Shown one piece after another: positions 35,823 through 48,923 of a stretch of 64,000 nucleotides of DNA (its first letter is position 1; each line of letters starts with the position of its first letter). A program made the translations under genes and the position numbers. Below the pieces are notes generated by a model. That model did no database searches and was not told the DNA's origin. It saw nothing but the letters and a program-made list of their open reading frames with translations. Origin of the DNA: Fistulifera solaris. Taxonomy: Eukaryota. The stretch is taken from positions 248,001 to 312,000 of the forward strand of contig AP026179.1 in the NCBI GenBank assembly GCA_030295235.1, in the 5' to 3' direction.

Positions 35823-37177
35823 TTACACCACTTTGTTCGCCGCCCACTGCTCCTGGACGGCCGCAATCAAAATGGCCGCGGCTTGTTCAATTTCTGGCTT
35901 GGTGGTCGTATGTGATACGGAAAGACGAATTGTTCCCAAGGCAAACTCGGTCGGTACTTTCATGGCTTGTAATACAGCGGAAATGTGAGCCTGAGGTGTA
36001 TGACACGAAGCTCCGGCACTGGCGGCGACACGGTCTCCGACCGCTTGCAACAAAGCACCGGCTTGCACATTTTTGATTCCCACCGAAAGTGTATTCGGTA
36101 ATCGCAAGGATGGATCAGTCGGTCCATTTGCTTGAACATTGTCGACACCCAATCCTTCGGTCAGCAGTTGCAACAACAAAGTCCGCATCGCTTCCATTTG
36201 TACGGCACGATTTTGCCATTCCTGTGCTGCCAAAGCACACGCGGTTCCGAATCCGACCAAATACGGGACATTTTCCGTCCCACCCCGACGTCCGTATTCT
36301 TGTCCACCACCCCATAACAAATTGACTTCTTGTTGCAAACAACCGGGACGGACATACAAGCATCCGACACCTTTCGGTGCCCCCATTTTGTGTCCTACCA
36401 AGGTTACCATATCCGGTCCTTCTTGGTCACTAAAGAGCATACTAACTTTCCCCGCCGCTTGTGCGGCATCGGTATGAAACAAAATGTCATGTTGACGACA
36501 ATATTTAGCAATTGGTACTACAGGTTGCACGGCCCCCGTTTCATTGTTGGCGTATTGTATTGTCACCAAGCAAGTGAATTTGGTAATGGCTTGGATGACT
36601 TGTTCGGCTTCAACTTGGCCTTGTGCATTGACGGGGACGTAGGTAACACGACAACGTCCTAAATTTTGTAAATGTTCTAAATAATGCGCAATGGCGGGAT
36701 GTTCGACATTTGTCGTAACAATGTGCGGTGGAACCTGCGGGGCATTCTGTAAGGCTAACGCAATAGCCCAATTGTCGGCTTCGGTGCCACTGGCAGTAAA
36801 CCAAACCGCCGAACGGGGCGTAGTAGTAGTAGCAGCAGCAGAAGTAGGATCATTGTCTACAGCGAGACCTAACAATTGCAAGACTTGTTCTCGAGCGTTG
36901 TGAATGGAAGCTGCCGGAACGTGTCCCGCCCAATGATTGGTACTACTCGGATTCCCAAATTCGTTCGTCAAGAAGGGAATCATGGCTTGATAGACTCGCG
37001 GATCAATCGGTGTTGTCGCATTGTAATCCAAATAAATACGCTGTTGTTGCTGTTGGTGGCGATGTTTTTGCGGAGAATCATCATCCAGTGTGCGAAATAC
37101 GCGGTAGCGACGAAAGCAACGGTTGTTGTTGTCGTCGTCCAAGAAAGCGATAGCTGTTGTGATGATAATGATTGCAT
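35823..37177 (-). CDS. NifS-like cysteine desulfurase / selenocysteine lyase (start recovered by +1 at T5 37065-37069)
   Basis: IYLDYNATTP, GNPSS, SGTEADN, EHPA, NNETG, HTDAAQ, GHKM (PLP Lys), RGGTEN, catalytic SAGASCH. Confidence 0.9.
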
Positions 37178-37845
37178 CTGTTATAGAAGAAAGCAGGATT
37201 GAGAATCAATGAGCAACAATAAAGAAATAATCAGAGCAATACTTCTATTTTTTAGATTAGATGCGCTTGTGTTTGGTGTTTTCTATAGACGCAACCGCAA
37301 CGACTGCCTGACTCCACAAATAAATTACAGTCACGGATAGGAACGCGGATCTATTATGTCTATCTAATATCTACGAAAGAATTCAACTTTCTACTCTCAT
37401 ACAGACCCGAATTGGCTATTTAGTTGCATGACTTCTTTCGTTTGCCATACGAAATAATATGTCAAACGCTACTTAGATTGTTGATGGAATCATCAATCAA
37501 CCCCCGCTCTATTTGGTTTTATGCTCCGACGACTCTTCTACCGCAAAACGGTTTGGTGGTACGGATTCCCCGACGACCACGACGACAACAACGACGACGA
37601 CAACAACGACGCAACTCATGTTTGGCCCCGATTTTGTTACTGCGTTCAGCAGCCTCGAAACTTATATTCTAACAGGGGAAATACCTTTTTTTCATTATAC
37701 TGCACTCGATTGAAACTAATTCCATCACAAAAAGCTACGGAGTATTTGGCGGCAGACGTCGAGATAATGAAAAAATAACTTCAAATAAGCCATTCAATAC
37801 ATTGTATTTTCTAAAAAAAATAGAATGAAACTAAAACTCTACTAC

Positions 37846-39463
37846 TCAGCGCCCATCGGTTTCGTCACTTTCACTTTCTCCACTACTGTTGCCACTGTCA
37901 CTGATGCGGGTGGCGTCACCACGCTTGCGGCGTTTTGGTGCTTTGGCAGCTTCGATGGTGGTGGTGTCATCCACGCGCGGGTTGTCTAACGGCCGTATCG
38001 AACAAACGCATTCGGGTCGGTCGCCAGCAAAGTGCACCACACCATTGAGAGAGACGCGTTTGTTGACGTTGCTCTTATCAACGAGTTCTAGTTCCCATAC
38101 GCCCGCTCCCAATTGGACCGTATCAGAAACCTCCTCTCGAGCCGCCAATGAATCCATAAACGCTGCTTTCAGTATACGCACACTCTCGGGTGACAAACGA
38201 TCCCAAAAAGACGTTCCTTCTAACTCCGAAGCAGTAAAAGAAAGAAATCGTTCCACGGATTCCGAAACAAACCACAGCTTGCCCGACGAATCAAAGACTA
38301 CTACTAAATCAGGAATGGACCGCAGAATTTGTTCCTTACGCCGTAATCCATCATTCTCTTCTTTCAATTCTTCAATGAATTGCTTCTTGCGCTTCCGACT
38401 CAGCTGAGCCGATTTCCGGTTCGCGGCCCGCTTCATTTGTTTCTTGCCCTCGGGTTCATCGTCCGAGCCATCATGTTCGTTGGCTGGTAAAGAATTCATC
38501 GACGCTTGGAGGTTATTGGGGAGTGGAGGAGGCATATTGGACGATAAAGACGAGAGCAAGTTCGGTGATGTTTGGGAAGAAGAACGCGGAAGGACTTGCG
38601 ACTTCGTCGAGCGACTGACATCGTCTGTAGGAAAAAGAAAAGAAAAGTCAAGTGCAACCGAGAGAACGTGAGTGACGTGGATTTACAAACGGCGACGCAT
38701 CGTCCAATCAAAACACAACAAGCGAACACGTCATGCAAGTCGAAAGTACTCGGCTTCAACATCTTCTGGCTGAGAAGTTGAACCTGCTGTGTACACTCCA
38801 GAAGCTATACGAGATTCCGTATAGATAATAATGTACCCCGCGCCCTCCCAAGTCATCCACGAACTCGATCGATCGAGGACGCGATGCACCATGGTAGACA
38901 CCTCGCTGACATGCGTTACCCCAATACCCCAATTCGTCTTTCACCTAAACATAAAAAAAGTCATAAAAACACGAGAAGTACCTACCTGCGGCATTCCCAG
39001 CTGCCGTGCGACCCGAAAGAAGCATTTGCAACGCCTGATTCTGATACGGCACAAACTGATTCCCGCCCGGCAAGGCTTGTCCCGCATTCGTCAGGAAATG
39101 AATCAAATCAAACTGCGAATTATTATTGTTGTTGGTGTTGTTATTGTTCGTCGCGAAGTTCATTCCTGTCCCGTTGAGTCCTTGTAACAGTGTCGCCACG
39201 GCGGTAGGATTGATGCCGGAACTCAACGCGTGTGACAATAACTGTGGATTAATGGTGTTTTGTGTAACTTGTTGTTGTTGTTGTTGCTGTTGCAGAGCAG
39301 CGGTCAGATTCACAATTGATTGCAAGTCGATCGATGATGATCCATGATTCCCCTCGGAAGAGGACCCATTCCCAGCGTTGCTGTTATTCGTATCGTTGTT
39401 GTTTCGGTGAGAAGAAGCCGAGGCTAGCGCTGCCAGGGCTTCCAACCCCTTGTTGCTGTTCAT
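37846..39463 (-). CDS. bZIP-PAS transcription factor. Intron 38625-38985
   Basis: KRAANRKSAQLSRKRKK bZIP followed by a PAS domain (ILRSIPDLVVVFDSSGKLWFVSES). The Q/N-rich exon 1 splices in frame (GCAG|AC). Confidence 0.85.
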
Positions 39464-40296
39464 GTTTCACTTGGTCGTTCTATATTCTTATGATTTGTAG
39501 ATTGTGGGTAAAGAATGAAAAAAAAACAGAGACGTTCGATTGTTGCAGTGAGAATGCGTGTGTGTGTGTTGGAGTTGCAGCGGTTGGAGTGCAGTTGCTC
39601 CACGATGATTTTTTTTTACGTCAAAGTGTGCGTAGCCAAACGGCAAGAGGCCAAAGTGGCGGAACGTAACGCACGTCGGCGTCGGCTTACGTCAGGACTG
39701 GACCATCTGACTTTGTGTTTCTTTTCTCTCTGGACTATCAGACAGAGTGTTGCGCACAGCAGATGGAATGTCTTCGTCGAATGGCCAAACAGATGGCTTT
39801 CTGCTCAATGATTGGATCGTGATGACCCAGAGAAAACAAGATGGCGGAAGTTCCGAAGATGACGTGTGTGACGTCGACCATGCAATTGAAATCACGACAC
39901 GATGCGAAGCGCGAAGTCACGTCCTGTGTATCGGTCAAACAGTTGTCGGCAAAACGGCAAAACGGTTCTCCGAACAGCTAACGTAGTACGTACTACTTTC
40001 TTGACGTGTTTTCCGCCAGACAGGTTCGTTTCTTCCATCCGAACGTACCACAACAAAGAATGATGACATCATTATTTCATTCCACTTCTTTATTAGCAAC
40101 GAACGATACCAGGTACGGTACAAGTACCTGATACTAATCGATTTGATGCCTGTCACCTTGTGAGCATTCTTTCAGTTGTCGAAGCTGACAAAAACGGAGA
40201 TTTGAGAAGCCTGAAAAAGAATGAGAAGCGGCATCAGACGAATACTTTGTAATAGTATGATTTTTACTGCAATCAAATAAGAGCATGTCGTTCGCT

Positions 40297-40378
40297 TTCC
40301 TTCCTTCCTTCCTTCCTTCCTTCCTTCCCTCCCTCCTTCCTTCCTTCCCTCCTTTCATTTCTTTCCTTTCCTTTCCTA
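40297..40378. repeat. (TTCC)n pyrimidine-rich microsatellite
   Basis: ttccttccttcc... tract immediately upstream of the TLDc gene. Confidence 0.9.
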
Positions 40379-40433
40379 TCCTCGTTCTTTCATTTTGATT
40401 TGAACAAGCTAAAGCGAATCATATACAACGAAA

Positions 40434-42063
40434 ATGACGCGTCCTATAATGAATGAAGAAGGATCCCCTTTCTTTGCCGATCTTACGACATTGCATACTT
40501 TGCAAGAACGCTATCCCTTTACCGAAGCCGAATTGGAGATCCTCGTACGTTGTCATGAGCACTTATATGCCGAAGAACCGTCGTTTTTGGTGAAGTTAGC
40601 GACGGCTTCACCATATTCGGTCTTTTTTCTTCCCGACTATACCGCCGTCGATCGCGTGACTTGGCTGGAAGAGCATGTGTTGCCTTTGGGCTTTTCTCAT
40701 CAATTGCACTCGGCCTTGCTACAATATGCAGACTACATTCCTTCTTCGCTTGAACGATTCCTTGAAGGAATCGCGAATACGGGACGAAGAGTTCCCCAAG
40801 AAGCACTCCGTGTCTTGTATCGATGTGTGGAAGGTTCGATTGATCCCGAGGCGGCAGTTGCGGATCTCGTTGTGCGTTTGGCGTTGGCGACTGCGTTGTG
40901 GCATCGTCCGCAGGTGCCCGAGACAGAAGTCTTCGTAAAAGAGGTTCAAGACGATTATCAACCCACCATACATCGAATCACGAACCATTTGAGGAACTTT
41001 ACGAATCGGACACATGAGCAACGAAATGAAACAAAGAGTAGTCATATCACTAGCTTGACCGAACGTATTTTCATCAAATGGGCGGAAGAAATGTTTCCCT
41101 TGCTGTATCTCACTTTGACGAGTCTGGTCGAAAGTCTATTGTTTCATGGGTTACATGCGAATGTCGAGGAATCGACAATGCACGCCAACATGGCCTTGCC
41201 TTTGCCAGAACTTAATCTGCCCAGCGAAATCTTCACACCCAGTATTGTCATGCCGTTGGCATGGATAGATCCCTCGTTGTCCGGAAAAGTAAGTTTTGTC
41301 GTTCTGTGTCGGTCCTAATCGACATGGGTTTTCCTCACTGACTTCTTTTCTTTCGCCTTAGTTTCACCGACTGTATTCATCCTTTCACGATGGACGGTCG
41401 TTCAATCGGTTGGAATACGGCATATTGGGCTATGAAGGTCCCACCTGTGTCATGATTCAGACCACCGCGAATGCTGTCTTGGGTGTCTTCACCAACGCAC
41501 GTTGGCGCGCCTGTCGCGATACATCCGGTCATACGAATGATGAAGCATTCTTATTTACGTTCCAGCCCGCTTTGAACGTTTATCGCCCGTGCCCGAAAGG
41601 AGAAAGGCAGCACCTGTGGTATTTGTACTCACAGGAACTCGACAGCAGTAATAAGAATATAACGGCACCGGAAGGTCTGGGCTGGGGTGGTACGAGTGAA
41701 ATGCCACGCTTGTGGATCCCTGCGTCGTTGGAACGGTGCCATGCGGGTGGATGGGATAAAACATTTCAACTAGGTCCGTTGTTGCCAGACGAATGCTGCG
41801 AACGATTTGAGATCAAGTATTTGGAAGTTTGGGCCGTCGGTGGAGAGGAGCGGATCGAACCAGGACTGGCGAAACAAGCCATGTTTCGACAACAAACAAA
41901 GGAAGCATTGCAGCAGGCTCGTGTCGTACTGGACAAAAGGGAGTTTGTGAATGATCTGCAGCAAATGCCATTGACCAAAGTGTTTCAACATCAAGCTCTG
42001 AGCCGAGGAAGACACGATTTTGTTTTGGATGAAAAACATGGCGGGTACAAGATCGAGGAGTAA
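40434..42063 (+). CDS. TLDc-domain protein. Intron 41289-41361
   Basis: The spliced product reads FHRLYSSFHDGRSFNRLEYGILGYEGPT...AFLF...GLGWGG...EVWAVG. Confidence 0.88.
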
Positions 42064-42190
42064 GTCTTGTTGGCAGAAATAGATCTTTACGCTTCTACAT
42101 TCATTGCATCAAATACATGATGAGAAACCATTTTACATTAAACGCTAGCTAGCTAGATAATACATAAACATTCGCATGATGCGGCGCATA

Positions 42191-44745
42191 CTATTCTGCT
42201 TTCGGGTGTGGTTTCGGCTGCAGCCTGTCAACCAAAAAGTCCCAGACATTTGGATTATGCTTGTTTGACGCGGTTTCTTTTGTCGAACTGTTTCTGTTCG
42301 ACTCGCTTTCCTCATGGGAGCCGGCATCTTCAGGGCTCTTCTGCCCCTGTTGAGCTTTAAGTAGCTCTTGCAACTGTCTAAGTTGCTCTCTCAATTGTTG
42401 ATTCTCTTCTTGCAAATGTTGCAATGGGCTCTGCATCGTAAATGAGGAATTACAATTCGGAAGACTTGACTGCTCTTCGAGAGGCCGTCCAATAATTCGG
42501 ACACTACGACCCTGGTTACTGGAAAGAAGCGCACTGCTACTCGCGATCGAATCGACATCGTCGTAAAACAAGTACTCCATTTGATGAGCTGGGATTCGTT
42601 CTTCCAATCGTTTCAAGCAATCGTCCAGGGCCCGTTCCATCCGAATCATATCACGAATGGCATTCAAATGCGGCCATGCAGCGATCTGTCCATACTTCAA
42701 ATAGTTTTCCATTTCCGCTTCGGTGGGATTGGCCAGAACTTTCAATCCGATCGTTTGCATCGTTGTAAAACGGGGGACGATGGTCAAGTTGCCGTGGTAC
42801 TTTTGTTGAAAGACTTTTGATATGTCTTGTCCAAAGATATGTGGAAACAATCCCAACCGACTGAGTTTTAGCACACGACCTCGAATATCCCATTCCGCTG
42901 TTTGGAACAACCGCCAGTACAAACTCCGGGCATTGGGATGATGCGCCTTATTCAGCAAGGGGACAATGTGAAAGTTCGTTTGCGACACAATAAACGAACT
43001 AACCGCAAATAGCGTCGCAATGCGCTGAAATGGTAGATCTGCTTGCACACTCCCATCGATCCATTCAACACCATCCACTTCAAAGGGTTCCAATTCGCCC
43101 GTCGAATAATTCTTTGAAATCAGTTTGGTAGGTGCCATGACACCCGGTAACGCACAACTGGCTCCGACGGCACTGGCAATCGTCACATGCGGTGTTGAAA
43201 TATGATTGAGCAACAGACGTTGGGCCGTGCGACCGTTCGCACGACTCGCGCTGACCGTAATGCAAACATGTTTTCCGGTGCGTTCAAAGGCTTCTTCAAA
43301 GGTAATGGTTCCGTAGTAAAATTCACACGTCCGTCGGAATTCGGCACTATCGACGAGTAACTTGTGCTTGAGCCAGTACGAAGCCATTTCCAATAGTGAT
43401 GGAAACCATCGTATGTTTTCTTTTTTCATTCTTCCATTCGACATGTAATCGGTCGAGACGTTGGCCACACAAACATGATCCAAGAGTTCTTCTTGCGTCT
43501 TGATGGCGCACATCTGAGTCGATAACACAACCGTGTAAGAATTAAAGCGTCACAATTTCTCGTACAATCATTGCGTTGTCGTTTGATACGCACCGCCGCG
43601 AGAATACTCCCACCCGACGTCCCCGAAACGACTTTAATATCTTGATACAATTTGGATTCAATCAAGGCACGGATCAATCCCATATGATACATCGCTTGGG
43701 CACCCCCACCGGACAACATTAAGGCGGTCCGACCCATATTTTGTTTCATTTTCTTGACCAACATTAATCGTTCGGCCATGACAGAAGTCGTGTCACTCAT
43801 GGTAGTAGTGGTCTCTTCCGGAGCATTACTAACCACCGGCAAGGGTGCTTCCGCCAAGTAATCCAAAGCCTGATCCACTTGTTCGTAATACGCCCGAATG
43901 ACTTGTCGGGTTGGCACCGAAAGGCCGTACGATCCGGTATCGGCAATACTGCGGGCATTCTCCACAGCCAAATCATCCAAATTCAAATAATTGCGCTTGA
44001 CAACGGAACTGAGTAGATACGAAAAGGCTTTCCAGTGTTCAGGATTCGATGGATTCTGTTGAAAGGCCAAACGGGCTTGTTCGAGTTTGGATGTGATTGT
44101 GACGAGTAATTGTGCCGTCGATTCTCCCAATTCTTCCGCCAAACAGGGATCGTCGGTCACCGTAGTACCAGCATGAAAGGATCGTGACCGGGGATATCGT
44201 TTCTTGGTATGGTTGTTAGGAAAGAGATCTTGTTCAGAGGCATGTCGAGGTAACGCCGTATCGGTGAGATGCAAAGACGTCGATGATGATAACGACGATG
44301 ATGACACTGGCGTGACTTTGGGATGAATGCGTATTTTCAAAAAGTTTTCGTACGTTCCCGCTGCTTGTAACGACTCTCTCCAATAGTGACGTCGTGATTT
44401 TTTGCCACGTTCCCACCAAACCCAATGTAACACAGCGTGACGAATCACGGCGTACGTTTTTAATAACGACAAACCAAAAATATCAAACGCAATCATACTG
44501 AATTGATACATAGCGTACGCTGTTTGTACAATTCCCAACAATATCGAAGTGCACAACCAGAAAATCCACGTTCCCGCCGTCACAAAGAACATGACAAACG
44601 ACAACAACACGGGCCAAAAGATGAGAAGAAGAGCGGTCATGGCCCACCACCAATTGTTGTTGTTGTTGTTGATATTTTGATTCCATGTTTCCAGAAACGA
44701 CCCAAAAGACGCCAACGAATGGCTCCACAATGAGAATACTTCCAT
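42191..44745 (-). CDS. Patatin-like triacylglycerol lipase (SDP1/TGL family). Intron 43514-43593
   Basis: GRTALMLSGGG, GTSGGS, TFEEAFERTG, ASCALPG, WIDGS, N-terminal TM segments. Confidence 0.9.
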
Positions 44746-45324
44746 GACTCTCTCTCTCTCTCTCTCTCTTTGTCTGTCTTTGCACAAGTTCGGACCTTTG
44801 ACTTTCACTGAGAGAGGAAAATGAGACAGAAAGAAAATAATAATAATAATAATAAAGGAGCGATGCGAGAATGCGGGTCCTTCGAGAGAGCCTTGGTTCG
44901 AGAAGTACTCTTGGACGATATTCTTTCCATTGGACACTGATCAAAAAGGTAGTCAGGATGACACCGGCCTGTCAAGGTCTCTGACACTCTTGTCCGTTGG
45001 TCTAGAGAAAGAACGACTGCACGCGCCGGTCGGCACTCTTGTGACGCACGCCTCATGACAGAAAACGCAATCGTGAGGCTACAAAGTCTGCTGTCTCCTG
45101 GCGGCTCCATAATAAGGTGACCAAATTAAGGCCAAGGAGCAATCTTTTAAAAAGCTCATCATTATTTTGTGTAAGGTGAAAGCAGACTAGGAACAGCTGG
45201 CGACGAATAACAGCTTAGACGAAGCAAACGTGGATATAGAGACAAGCCCACTGAGCTTTTTATTGTCAATAGAATGGGAAACCGTATTCCATTCCTTTCC
45301 ATTTTCACTCATTTTCCCAACTTA

Positions 45325-45798
45325 TTAGTTCTTTTCGACAAACGACTCCAGGGCCGCAAAACCCCCCGCATTGACGACATTCGTGTATCCCATTTCCTCC
45401 AAGACTTGTTTGGCCATGGCGGCACGTTTCCCCGCGGCACAATGCACCAAGACGGGCGCTGATTTGTCTCGCAACAAGTTCGAGGCGGTCATTTGCAACA
45501 AAGTAGCATCGGTTGGTGTACACGGAATGGTCACCCATTGATGATTCGATGGGGTTTTCAAATAGCCGGAGGCTTGAATTTCGTCCGCCCGACGGACATC
45601 CAAAATGACCGTTCGTTCGTTCTGCAAGAGTGTTTGAATTTCGTCCGGTGTGGCATAGTTGTCATCACTGCTAGTACTACTACTAAAGAAGAAGTGACGG
45701 TGTTGAGACATGGCGGCTGGAACAAAGGCCGAGACGGAATAATACTGTGTCAAAAGTGATGTCGTTGTAGCGACGGTCAAGAGAGGAATGCGAACCAT
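45325..45798 (-). CDS. Rhodanese with a bipartite plastid-targeting leader (paralog of 35317..35700)
   Basis: MVRIPLL...VSAFVP leader, ATPDEI..LL...TVILDVR, HCAAGKRA. Confidence 0.85.
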   Translation of the reverse strand: MVRIPLLTVATTTSLLTQYYSVSAFVPAAMSQHRHFFFSSSTSSDDNYATPDEIQTLLQNERTVILDVRRADEIQASGYLKTPSNHQWVTIPCTPTDATLLQMTASNLLRDKSAPVLVHCAAGKRAAMAKQVLEEMGYTNVVNAGGFAALESFVEKN

Positions 45799-46302
45799 TT
45801 GTTTGTTGTTGTTGTTGTAATGAAAAGCACAAAGATGACGAAAAGAAGAACGAAGGAAAGAGTTCTTCATGAAAGGATGGCAGAGGAAGAATGATCTTTC
45901 TGAGTTCAATTCACTTGAATAACGATGATGATTATGAGCCGAACCAAGGAAAGAAAAAAAATGATGAGAAGGAAGAAAAAAGCCCGCTGGTTTTGCACAA
46001 GAGGCCTTTTCGTCGATCACTCTATCGTTCGGATCCTAAACGAGCCACCGTACCAGTACAGACGATGGATCCTACGTCATCGCATGATGTTTACGTAGGT
46101 GCAAACCATACCATACAAACATGACTAAATGAGTTAAATGAGTCTTACAACACCCCATCGTTGAAGTCGTCTTGCGTGCGATCTTCGCGACGTTTGTTGG
46201 ATCGCACAAAGCAAGAAACGACAGTCGTCAATTACATCCTCCCCGTCTCTCTCGTTTGTTTTTGTGTTCATTTCTCTTCTCCTCCTTTCAAACTACTACA
46301 AA

Positions 46303-47059
46303 ATGAAGACTGCTACTGCTGCATTGTTGTCGCTTGGTTGCGTCAGTGCCTTTCAAGGACCTTCTGCTTCTGTAAAAAGTCCTCGTTGCCGGCGACGGCC
46401 GCCGAAATCGCTTCCTTGCCCGGCATTAGTAACGAGTGCGGTAACCGAGTGGTGCGTCATTATAGGAGATGTATATTTTCTAGTGGATTGGCTGTAGTTC
46501 TATCGAAAAAATATACTTGTTGTTGTCTTTTGTTGCATATTATTTCTATTTTTGCTAAATAAATCACTCACTCACACACACATACCTTTTCTCTCTCTCT
46601 CTTCCTCTGTCTCACTTTCTATAGTTCGATCCCCTCGAACTAGGACAATGGGCCGATGCTGAATTCTTGCGCAAAGCCGAACTTTCGAATGGCCGTTCCG
46701 CCATGTTGGCCAATGTTGGATGGTTCTGGCCCAAGATTGTCGGTACCTTCGATTCGGACGATGTCACCACCACGGATCCCATTGATGCCATTTTGCAAGC
46801 CGATCCTCAATGGTGGGCCCAATTCTTGTTGTTGTGTGGTGTCATTGAAGGTGTCAAGTACCGTGCCGAATTGGAAGGCAAGAGTTACACGGGAGATGGT
46901 CCGGCTGCCATTGACTGGGCCAAGCAGTGGGACAAGTTGGATAAGACCAAGAAAGCCGATATGCGTTTGAAGGAATTGAAGAATGGACGTTTGGCCATGA
47001 TTGGTTTCGCTTCCTATGTCGCGGCGTACTTTATTCCGGGATCGGTTCCGGCGCTTTAA
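46303..47059 (+). CDS. Light-harvesting complex protein (Lhcq-like FCP). Intron 46452-46624; indel at A5 46374-46378
   Basis: MKTATAALLSLGCVSAF leader, FDPL, RKAELSNGRSAML, KELKNGRLAMIG. Confidence 0.9.
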
Positions 47060-47330
47060 AAATCATAAGTCTTGATATGATTAAGATCGTAAAACACCGA
47101 ATTCTAATTAGAAAGAGGAGGGTTTTTTTATGAGAATAGCACAGTCCATTTTCGTAGCTTGCTTCGATCATACCTATACCGTGATAGAAAGAGTTCTACT
47201 ACTGTTCTTGATGAGAATGATTGATTATCCCGTTAATGCTATTCAAATCAAGACATCGTGTGTGTGTTTTTAATGGTGAATGTTCACGAGTTTTTTTTCG
47301 AACACCTTTTTCATCCATCCGTTCACTCTT

Positions 47331-47867
47331 CTATCCTTCCGTTACACACGCGTAACACTCGACATGATTCGTGAAGTAATCATCACTGGCCACAATCGGA
47401 CCCGTCCCGACATCATCTAAAACTGCCGTGAAGCCCGTTTGACACATGTTCCACGCGACGGACTCATTTTCCAACAACACAAAACAGTCTTGTGTTGCGG
47501 AATCGTATTCGTAGCCGACGACCTCACTTTGTTCCGACGCCGCTTTCTGACATTCGATCTTCGTCAAGTTCGTGTTGGCGGAACAATACGGATACGATTG
47601 ACCAATACGATCGACGCAATACCCATTTCCGACTTTGTCAGAGCAAGAGCGTAAGAGACGGTCACCCGCCGAGGTGGAGCTACAGGAGAGGGCGTTTAAC
47701 GAAAAAAGAGAGGGTTCTATCGCGAGAATCGGCGCTGCCGGAAGTCGATAGCGAAAAGACACTGTAAGAACCAAGAAAAAAAGCCAAGCATCGAAAAGTA
47801 CGTACTAAAGATACTAGAACTCACCGAGGCACAAAGTAAGTAACGGGATAGCTGCTTGTAATCTCAT
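47331..47867 (-). CDS. Small secreted Cys-rich protein, family member A. Intron 47762-47824
   Basis: Short signal exon plus phase-1 intron. VGNGYC..YPYC..CQ.AA..VGYEY..C..C..GTGPI..CYAC. Confidence 0.75.
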
Positions 47868-48369
47868 GGTTGAAGAAATGAAAAATCAATCAACAATACA
47901 AAGTATTCATTCCGTTCGGATCGCCGTCCCAGAAAGTTTTATGAGCGTTGAAGAGAGACATTCTCTTTTCCGTGTATTGGCGATCCTCCCTCTCCGCTTT
48001 TAAAGGAAAGGTGAGCTAAGCGTAGAAAAGTCATGGTCTAACGGTTTATCTTCTTCAATACCTGGTACATCAGAATTATTGCTGTTTTCTGTTATGTTGT
48101 AATGCTCTGCTGTTTTATGTCACGCGTTGATCGCATCGCGGCGGGGCGGACACAATAGGGTTCATGCAATATACAAAGACGATGACGGCTTTCACGGGAC
48201 TCAACTGTAGTTGACTAGTTGAGTCAATTTACGTTGCTTTTGAAACAGAGTTCTGGTAAAAGATGATATACTCCAAGGATGCTTGCGTTCGAATTGACCT
48301 CACCTTAGTGAACATAATAGCTATAGAAGATCCTATTTAATTTTGACGGATTTATTTTCGTTAGACGAC

Positions 48370-48923
48370 TCATTCATCAATGCATTTGTAGCACACTTCA
48401 TTGCTGACAGGATAGTCAAAAAATCCTGTGACCGGACCCGTTCCTTGAAGGGATCCATCGGACACCTTGTTGTATCCATCCGGGCATGAGAACTCAAACG
48501 CGACATCAAAGAACAAACCACATCCAACATCACCGGACCATGTGCCGTGAGAAAGCCCAACCGCATCGGTCTTGTCCACGGCCGCCTGCTGACAATCTTC
48601 CAAAGTCATTCCTGTTTTGACACAATTGGGATAGACCGAGTCTGAACCGGTACAAAGACCATTTCCCACGAAGGTGTTGCATGTGCGGGTGTTATCCGGG
48701 GAATCAACGGGTTTATCATCATCATCTCCTCCACCAAAGATAGTGTCACAGATCCCCTGTCTGCGTGAAAAGAGGGACTCGTTCACTGCCACAGCGGATC
48801 CTGACAACAAGCATTGAGAGTGTGAGTCTTTTGGTAACGAGTTGAATGATTGACAGCAAAAAGCATCTTACCGAGGAACAAAGACAAAAGGGAGATAGGG
48901 GTACGCAGCATCATTAGATCCAT
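48370..48923 (-). CDS. Small secreted Cys-rich protein, family member B. Intron 48801-48871
   Basis: Same exon structure and Cys pattern as member A (VGNGLC..YPNC..CQQAA..GTGPV..CYKC). Confidence 0.75.

Noticed and set aside
44746..46020. Long N-terminal ORF extensions on the lipase (to 44937) and rhodanese (to 46020)
   Set aside because: They run through microsatellite-rich, UTR-like sequence. The downstream ATGs at 44745 and 45798 give sensible N-termini.
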